Origin: Octopus sinensis
Taxonomy: Eukaryota
Reading direction: 5' to 3'
Assembly (NCBI RefSeq): GCF_006345805.1
Contig: NW_021825595.1
Span: 1-14,934, forward strand
DNA: 14,934 nucleotides
Translations under genes and position numbers: made by a program
Notes under the pieces: generated by a model
What the model saw: the letters and a program-made list of their open reading frames with translations, nothing else
The model's database searches: none
Told to the model about the DNA's origin: nothing
Shown here: positions 7,680 to 14,934 of the stretch, piece by piece
Numbering within the stretch: position 1 is the stretch's first letter
Layout of the letters: every line of letters begins with the position of its first letter

Positions 7680-8075
7680 GCTCCATCGGGTCCTCCACCA
7701 CCACCACCACCTCCTCCTCCTCCTCCTCCCCTCCCCCTCTTTCTGCTTGATGGTTATCGCTTGCTCTTGTCTGTTGTGTTCTTAGCTCTTGTTTTTCGCC
7801 ACCGGGTACTTCTCCCCTTCTTCTCTCTCTCCCTCTCTCTTCCTCTCTCTTCCGGGTACTTACCTCCTGCTCTTCTCAGCCGAATGTTTTTCTTTTTCTC
7901 TTGCTCTTCTCCACCAGGCATTTACTTCTTGCACTTCTCAACCAGCTATTTATCACTTTTCTCTTCTTTATCGGGTACTTAGCTTTTTTTTCTTTCTTTT
8001 TTTTTTATTCTGAATGCTTATCCACCACACTTCTCCACCGTACAATTCCACCACAATTCATATTTTTTTTTTTAC
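7680..8075. repeat. Pyrimidine-rich low-complexity tract with (CCA)n(CCT)n and recurring CGGGTACT motif
   Basis: CGGGTACT at about 7803, 7853 and 7972; degenerate versions at about 7658, 7686 and 7914. Confidence 0.6.
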
Positions 8076-8579
8076 TAACACAGACGAAATGAACGAATAA
8101 AACAAAAACAACAACACAAACAAAAAACACACAAATATAAAACAAAAAAAAGCATTGAACTGCTGTTTGTTGATTCACAGATCACACCTCAGATCGTGTC
8201 ACGCCGGAGGCTTAACTCATTTTGTCTTGGGGCCAGTCACACACTTTCTTTTACTAGCGTAATTAAGAAACCATTATTACATTCAGTTGTCACTTAGCCC
8301 TTACACTGGCCTGCGGCTTTATTTTTTACCCTATAAATTGACAAATCAATATTAGACTGTGTCATCACTCAACTCTTATTTTTTCCCCGTGTTCTTATCG
8401 ATCAAAAAATGCTATTTTAAACACAGCCTCCATTAAAATCGCTGTCCCATCCATCTGTCGACCCGTTGACGATTGACCGACGTTTTTTTTTTTTTCTGTT
8501 AATTTTTTGAGAAGCAAATAAATATATGTGGGGATGGATAGTGTGGGTATATACTGAGTGAGCCAGAAGGTTTTACGGT

Positions 8580-8621
8580 GTGTATAATGTATAGTGTATA
8601 ATGTATAGTGTATAATGTAGA
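8580..8621. repeat. 14-bp tandem repeat GTGTATAATGTATA x3
   Basis: Units start at 8580, 8594 and 8608. Confidence 0.85.
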
Positions 8622-8717
8622 GTGTAGACGGATGTTAAACGTTGAATGGTGTTTAGTTCTCTTGATTGACTCTACTTCGTACTATCTGCCTTCACTTCAA
8701 GATCGAGGTGCGCGCGG

Positions 8718-8915
8718 ACACACACACACACACAAACACACACACATACACACAAACATGCACGGATATACACACATACACACATCATCGTCATCGTCAT
8801 CGTTGTCATATTTATCATGTCGTCGTCGTCGTCGTCGTTGCTGTCATCGTACTTAGCACTGTTGTTCGAGGCGTACACGCACACGGAAACACACACGCAG
8901 ATACACACACATATC

Positions 8916-8947
<32 letters not shown>

Positions 8948-9041
8948 CACACACACATAAGGACCCGCACATACACACACATAAACATCATCATCACCAC
9001 CACCGCCATCATCATCATCATTCTCATCATCATCATCATTC

Positions 9042-9075
<34 letters not shown>

Positions 9076-9217
9076 TATCATCATCATCACCACCATCATT
9101 CTCATCATCATCATCATCATCATCATTCTCCTCATCATCATCATCATCACCATCATTCTCATCATCACCACCACCACCACCACCACCACCATCATCATCA
9201 TCATCGCCACCACCACC

Positions 9218-9264
<47 letters not shown>

Positions 9265-9308
9265 TCTCATCATCATCACCTCCACCGCCACCACCACCAC
9301 CATCATCG

Positions 9309-9340
<32 letters not shown>

Positions 9341-9420
9341 GTCGTCGTCGTCGTCGTCGTCATCTGCGTCGTCGATGTTAACGTCGTCTCGTCAATAACA
9401 ACCGTCGTCGGCATCATCCT
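8718..9420. repeat. (CA)n tracts and long compound (CAT)n/(CAC)n/(CGT)n array with periodic CATTCT interruptions
   Basis: CA runs at about 8718-8785 and 8880-8980; trinucleotide array at about 8985-9420. Confidence 0.9.
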
Positions 9421-9797
9421 CACCAATAATACTGTGACATCACCGAAAACTGTGGCTTCGGAATTTCCTGTGTGCTCTATCTTCTATTCTTCTCGACATC
9501 ACACCGTCAGTTAATTCTCCACATGCATCCATGCACGATTACTTATTGCACTGTGACAAACAGGACTTTTGTTTTCCCAGCTGGAAAATACAAGATATTA
9601 CGACTAAACACTATCAACCAGTCCAGCCATCCAATCGAAACCGCATCTGATAATCACGGGATTAACTGCTAGATTTCGTGTTAAATTCCTTTCTATAGTT
9701 TTTAAAAATGTTTATGCAGGAAACTTAGAACGTGCTGTCTTATACATTTCTGCGGTTCAATGTCTTAGTGTTTCACTGGTTTTGTCAGTATTTCCAG

Positions 9798-9950
9798 GCT
9801 GGTAGAAAATGTCGATAAACTCTGATAGACCGGGAACCGAGTTGGTTTGATCAAGTCATCAGGCGGCCCCCAACATAATCAAGCTGGACGCACGTAGCTT
9901 TGTACTCCTATTGTTGACGGACAAGCTGTGTTCTTGCAAGGTTGGCGTGG
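9798..9950 (+). other. Exon-like segment (candidate internal exon or pseudo-exon)
   Basis: Acceptor TTTTGTCAGTATTTCCAG| and consensus donor TGG|GTAAGT; 153 nt of complex sequence, but all three frames contain stops from this acceptor. Confidence 0.25.
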
Positions 9951-10371
9951 GTAAGTAAGATCGGAGGAAGGAAGTATTGTGTGGACAAGAAAAGAAGACA
10001 ATATCAAGACCCCGCAAACATATATATAAAGAACAGAATAAAATAAATTCAAGGGGAGGTTTTCATTAGCATCGCCATATGTGTGGTACATGCATTAAAT
10101 TTTTTTCTTAGCAGCGCTGTAAAGTTTATTAAACACACACGATAACACAACCAGCAGCATATATACTGTTGAGATAAGAGACGGAGAAAAAATGTAACAG
10201 TCTACAGAGATGGTTAATATGTACATTTGGTCTTAGTGTCTTTCTCTCCGATCATGCATTCAGGATGTTAAGAGTGACACCGAGGGGAAACGGCGACAGC
10301 GATGGCAGCGAATGTGTTTGTTTTATATTTTTTCCATCTTCTTTTCCTTGTTTGTTTACTTGTTTTTTTTT

Positions 10372-10412
10372 GGGGGGGAGGGGGAGGGGGGGAGGGGGAG
10401 GGGGGGGGGGGG
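10372..10412 (+). other. G-quadruplex-forming tract G7-A-G5-A-G7-A-G5-A-G13
   Basis: Five G-runs of at least 5 nt with single-A loops. Confidence 0.8.
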
Positions 10413-10467
10413 AGTGTAAGTTATTTCTTCTCGCTTGGGCGGGTTTTTTTTTTTTTCTCAGCGTAGA

Positions 10468-10899
10468 AGGCGTAGAAGTGGTTGTGTGGTAAGGCGGCGA
10501 GCTGGCAGAAACGTTAGCACACCGGGCGAAATGCGTAGCCGTATTTCGTCTGTCGTTATGTTCTGAGTTCAAATTCCACCGAGGTCGACTTTGCCTTCCA
10601 TCCTTTCGGGGTCGATTAAATTAAGCACCAGTTACGCACTGGGGTCGATATAATCGACTTAATCCGTTTGTCTGTCCTTGTTTGTCCTCTCTGTGTTTAG
10701 CCCCTTGTGGGTAGTAAAGAAATAGGTAAGTAGCTTGCTTACCAACCACATGGTTTCCGGGTTCAGCCCCACTGCGTGGCTCCTTGGGCAAGTGTCTTCT
10801 GCTATAGCCTCGGGCCGATCAATGCCTTGTGAGTGGATTTGGTAGACGGAAACTGAAATAAGTCCGTCGTATATGTGTGTGTGTGTGTGTGTGTGTGTT

Positions 10900-10930
<31 letters not shown>

Positions 10931-11145
10931 CGTGTGTGTGTGCCTGTGTTTGTTCCCCCAACATCGTTTGACAACCGATGCTGGTGTGTTTACGTCCCCG
11001 GAACCTAGCGGTTCGGCAAAAGAGACCGATAGAATAAGTACTAGGTTTACAAAGAAAAAGTCCTGGGGGTCGATTTGCTCGACTAAAGGCGGTGCTCCAG
11101 CATGGCCACAGTCACATGACTGAAACAAGTAAAAGAGTAAAAGAG
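10468..11145 (+). mobile_element. tRNA-derived CORE-type SINE with internal (TG)n, interrupted by a nested SINE
   Basis: Head AGGCGTAGAAGTGGTTGTGTGGTAAG [insert] TAGCTTGCTTACCAACCACATGG; B box GGGTTCAGCCCC; CORE-like CCTTGGGCAAGTGTCTT; (TG)n 10873-10943; tail GCGGTGCTCCAGCATGGCC...GACTGAAACAAGTAAAAGA. Homologous copies at 11343-11680 and 14411-14510. Resembles octopus OR-type SINEs (from memory). Confidence 0.85.
10494..10724 (+). mobile_element. Full-length tRNA-derived SINE nested in the head of the CORE-type SINE
   Basis: A box TGGCAGAAACG, B box GTTCAAATTCC, central GCCTTCCATCCTTTCGGGGTCGAT (Meta-domain-like, from memory). Flanked by GGTAAG at 10488-10493 and 10725-10730. Confidence 0.9.
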
Positions 11146-11342
11146 AGTTCTGATGACATTCATTTGTCATCAAGGTAGAGCTTTTGTCTGTTCTCCAGTC
11201 AGTTCTTCACGATACGGTTTCGATTCCTTGTGCATTACTATGTATTTGTGTGTGTTTGTATGTATGCATGAGTAATATATATTTGTATGTAGATACATAT
11301 GTATGACTATATGTATGCGCGCACGCGTGTATATTCATTTAT

Positions 11343-11680
11343 TCTTTTATTTGTTTCAGTCATTTGAATTGCGGCCATGCTGGAGCACCGCCTTCAATCG
11401 AACAAATCGACCCCAAGACTTATTTGTAAAACTAGTACTTATTCTATCGTTCTCTTTTGCCAAACCGCTATGTTACAGGGACGTAAACATACCAGCATCG
11501 GTTGTCAAGCGATGGTGGGAGAACAAACACAGACACACAAACATATACACACACATTTATATACAAACACACACACACACGCACGCACACATATACACAC
11601 ACACACGCGCGCACACAGGCACACACACACATATATATATACGATGGGTTTTCAGTTTCCCTTTACCAAATCCACTCACA
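11343..11680 (-). mobile_element. CORE-type SINE, 5'-truncated, inverted relative to 10828-11143
   Basis: TCTTTTATTTGTTTCAGTC...CCATGCTGGAGCACCGCC...CCAGCATCGGTTGTCAAGCGATG...(CA)n...ACGATGGG...ACCAAATCCACTCACA is the reverse complement of the upstream copy. Confidence 0.9.
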
Positions 11681-12300
11681 TACACACATACATACATACA
11701 TACATACATACATACGTACATACATATATACATACATATATACATACATGCATACTTACATACATACATGCATACATACATACATGCATACATACATGCA
11801 TACATGCATACATACATACATACATACATACATACATGCATGCATACATACATGCATACATGCATACATACATATATACATACATATATACATACATGCA
11901 TACTTACATACATACATACATGCATACATGCATACATACATACATACATGCATACATACATACATGCATACATACATGCATACATGCATACATACATACA
12001 TACATACACATACATCATACATACATACATACATGCTGCATACATACATACATACATGCATACATACATGCATACATAACATACATACATACATACATAC
12101 ATAATCCATACATGCATACATACATACATCATACATACATACATACATAACATGCATGCATACATGCATACATGCATACATACATGCATACATACATACA
12201 TACATACATGCATACATACATACATACATACATACATACATACATACATACATACATGCATGCATACATACATACATACATACATACATACATACATACA

Positions 12301-12334
<34 letters not shown>

Positions 12335-12346
12335 CATACATACACA
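11681..12346. repeat. About 665-bp (CATA)n/(CATG) tetranucleotide array
   Basis: Direct inspection; a variant block containing TACTTAC recurs at 11753 and 11901. Confidence 0.95.
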
Positions 12347-12756
12347 TTAAACCAACAATATATACATATCCCCATTGCCCTTCCGTTCACAAATCCAAAC
12401 TTCACCCTTCACTTCGACCTGCGTCACCGTTTTTATAAATTGTTTGAACGCTCAACGACAATAATCGTTAACAAACTTTCTACCTGAGGTGTTGAATGCT
12501 TGCCACCATCATTCTTGGATTATCGATAATCTACTAAGCAGAGGTGATGAGATCCGATGGATTGATCAAAGCCGCCAGCTTTTTGCATGTCTATCGTTGC
12601 CTTCGAAAAGATTTATGTTATCCTTGTTATCATTATTTTATTTATTGTTTTAGAGAACAGACACAATGATATCTTCGTGCCTCTGGATAAGAAATACGGA
12701 GAAAAAAAATTATTTATGCGTGTGTACCTATGTGTCTATGTATGTATTTGTGTTTT

Positions 12757-13015
12757 ATATATATATATATAATATGCATATATATATATATATGTATATA
12801 TATAATATGCATATATATATATATATGTATATATATAATATGCATATATATATATATTATATATAATATGCATATATATATATATATGTATATATATAAT
12901 ATAATATGCATATATATATATATATATTGTGTATATAATATGCTATATATATATGTATATATAACATGCATATATATATATAAATATATATATATATAAT
13001 ATGCATATTAAATAT
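12757..13015. repeat. TA-rich minisatellite, about 33-bp unit anchored on AATATGC
   Basis: Anchor at about 12771, 12804, 12837, 12865, 12903, 12936, 12963 (variant) and 12997. Confidence 0.8.
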
Positions 13016-13112
13016 ATATACAAATACACATTTACAAATATGGTATATGTATAAACACATACACACACATAAATACATATATACCTACAAATATATATGC
13101 ATATACATAGTT

Positions 13113-13175
13113 ATATACATACATACATACATACATACATACATACATACATACATACATACATACATACATACG
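13113..13175. repeat. (CATA)n microsatellite
   Basis: Direct inspection. Confidence 0.95.
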
Positions 13176-13259
13176 TACGTACGTGCGTGCACATACACAC
13201 GCGAATACACGCTTATAAGCATTGATATTTGCCCGGAAACAATTGTATGTACGTATGTA

Positions 13260-13312
13260 TTCTTTTGCATGTTTCAGTGATTTAGACTGTGGCCATGCTG
13301 GAGCACTGTCTT
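13260..13312 (-). mobile_element. Isolated SINE 3'-tail fragment
   Basis: TCTTTTGCATGTTTCAGTGATTTAGACTGTGGCCATGCTGGAGCAC matches 11343-11390. Confidence 0.75.
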
Positions 13313-13430
13313 TTAGTCATTTTCAGTTTTATTTAAAGATTTTTTGACAATAGGGTAAGAGCTGGTTTCAAACCAAGATCCAACGTTCCTTCATTGGAAA
13401 TTCAAAATCAACAACAGGGTATTTTTGTTT

Positions 13431-14062
13431 GCTTGTATGTATGCATGCATGTATATATGTATGTATTTATGTATGCATGTATATAAGTATGTATGTATGC
13501 AAGCAAGCATGCATGCATGTATGCATGTATGTATCTAAGTGTGTACGTGTGTATGTATGTATGCATGTATCTATGTATGCATGCATGCATGCATGCATGT
13601 ATTGTATGTATGTATGTATGTATGTATGTATGTATGTATGTATACATGTATGAATGCATGCGTGCATACATGTATGTATGTAAGTATGTATGCATATATC
13701 TATGTATGCATGCATGTATGTATGTATGCATGCATTACCTATGTATGCATTTATGTATGCATCTATGTATTTATGCATGTATGCATGTATGTATGCATGT
13801 ATATATGTATGTATGTGTTTATGCATGTTTGTATGTATGCATATATGTATGCATGTATGTATGCATTATATATGTATGTATGCATGCATGTATGAATGTA
13901 TGCATGTATGTATGTATTTATGTATGTATATATGTATGCATTTATGTATATATATATATACATACGTAAGTATGTATGTATGCATGTATGTGTGTATGCA
14001 TGTATGTATGCATATATGCGTGCATGCATCCCTGTATATATGTATGTATGTGTCTATGCAAG
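13431..14062. repeat. About 630-bp (TATG)n/(CATG) array, opposite orientation to 11681-12346
   Basis: Direct inspection. Confidence 0.95.
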
Positions 14063-14154
14063 TATAGGTTTTTTTTAAAGTTTTATCTTCAAATTCCCAT
14101 CGTGACTCTTTTTTATGAATTCAAGAGTTTTACCCCCCCCCCTCCTTATTACAG

Positions 14155-14224
14155 CATTCCAACCGAAAATAAAATCGCTAAAATGGGCCTTAAGCCAACT
14201 GGAAAAGATGTTTCTTGGGGCTAA
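14155..14224 (+). CDS. Candidate terminal coding exon of an unidentified gene
   Basis: Strong acceptor TTTTACCCCCCCCCCTCCTTATTACAG|. Phase-2 frame gives xIPTENKIAKMGLKPTGKDVSWG*; phase-1 gives xFQPKIKSLKWALSQLEKMFLGAKKKR* (stop at 14237). AATAAA at 14264-14269. No protein recognised. Confidence 0.25.
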
Positions 14225-14274
14225 AAAAAAAAGATAGTAACATCGTCGTGATCAGGGCAGCCAAATAAACTTTA

Positions 14275-14410
14275 CTATATATATATATATATATACACAT
14301 ATACATACATACATACATACATACATACATACATACATACATACATACACATACACACACACACAAACACACATATATATATACATATATACACACACAT
14401 ACGTGCTTAC
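14275..14410. repeat. (TA)n(CATA)n(CA)n compound microsatellite, probably the internal repeat of the adjacent SINE
   Basis: Abuts TACGACGGG at the same position as the internal microsatellite of the other CORE-type copies. Confidence 0.85.
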
Positions 14411-14510
14411 ATACGACGGGATTCTTTTCAGTTTCCATCTACCAAATCCACTTACAAGGGTTTGGCGGGCTCGTGCCTATAGTAGGAGATACTTGCCCAT
14501 GGTATCACAC
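14411..14510 (-). mobile_element. Diverged CORE-type SINE fragment
   Basis: TACGACGGGATTCTTTTCAGTTTCCATCTACCAAATCCACTTACAAGG...CTATAGTAGGAGATACTTGCCCATGG is the reverse complement of about 10780-10872. Confidence 0.8.
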
Positions 14511-14934
14511 ACCCACGTCTACACATATATGGTCACAGCTGGAAAACCTTTGACAGTAGCTCTACTGAATCGAAGCCCAACAATAAGACCATCTCAAATA
14601 TCTGAACTTGTTCCAATGTAAAGAATCAATATTATTGATCTGGTATTGATTTTTGTCTAATGATGTTTCTATTAAATTTCCACATATCTAGGGTTATGTC
14701 AGACATTGTAGCTTAACTAAATATGATATATCAGAAACGAAATCGGTTTTAGTAGCACGGTTGGTGATATGAATGTATGCATACACTAATGTATACACAT
14801 ATATGCATGCAAATATGTATATGTATATATACATATATGTATGTAGATACGCACACACACACATACATACCTATGTGCAAACATATGTATACATGTATGT
14901 GTATATGTATAAGTATATATACATAATATATATA

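Noticed and set aside
7858-7870. Consensus minus-strand donor GAG|GTAAGT
   Set aside because: No upstream acceptor, and all frames are closed.
8073-8083. TACTAAC branch-point consensus followed by ACAG
   Set aside because: Branch point only 4 nt from the AG; downstream is A/C low-complexity sequence with no convincing donor.
8666-9514. 282-aa and 203-aa poly-I/poly-M ORFs
   Set aside because: Translations of CA and CAT repeats.
9787-9865. Minus-strand CTGATGA...CTGA as a C/D snoRNA or hammerhead
   Set aside because: No terminal stem or recognisable guide; no stem II followed by GAAA.
11150-11172. CTGATGA after the SINE tail as a hammerhead core
   Set aside because: The core bases are sequestered in a simple 8-bp hairpin and no GAAA/NUH follows.
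12450-12720. Exon candidates on both strands (IIDNPRMMVASIQHL; NRHNDIFVPLDKKYG)
   Set aside because: Weak or missing partner splice sites, inconsistent phases and no recognisable protein.
11303-14078. Numerous HTYI/MYVC ORFs
   Set aside because: Translations of CATA/TATG arrays.

Overview
Repeat-dominated, AT-rich animal genomic DNA, most likely intronic or intergenic sequence from an Octopus-type coleoid cephalopod (inferred from SINE families recognised from memory and the extreme microsatellite load). No complete protein-coding gene can be supported; almost all listed ORFs are artefacts of stop-free simple repeats. The standout feature is a 1.7-kb cluster (2222-3935) of five sequence-unrelated type I hammerhead ribozyme motifs plus one truncated copy, on both strands, among probable Penelope-like element debris. 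One carries a compensatory U3-A8 core. Also present: a 5'-truncated Tx1/L1-clade LINE 3' end (5218-6040, minus) embedded in AAT/AAC repeats; an R4/Dong-type endonuclease remnant (about 7087-7565); and several tRNA-derived SINEs. Both copies of one SINE subfamily sit inside the tRNA-like heads of other SINEs at GGT(A) junctions, and their 3' tail resembles the Tx1 LINE tail. Inverted SINE pairs and inverted CATA/TATG arrays could form long dsRNA. Two weak plus-strand exon candidates (9798-9950 and 14155 onward) may belong to a host gene or pseudogene. All alignments and folds were done by eye.
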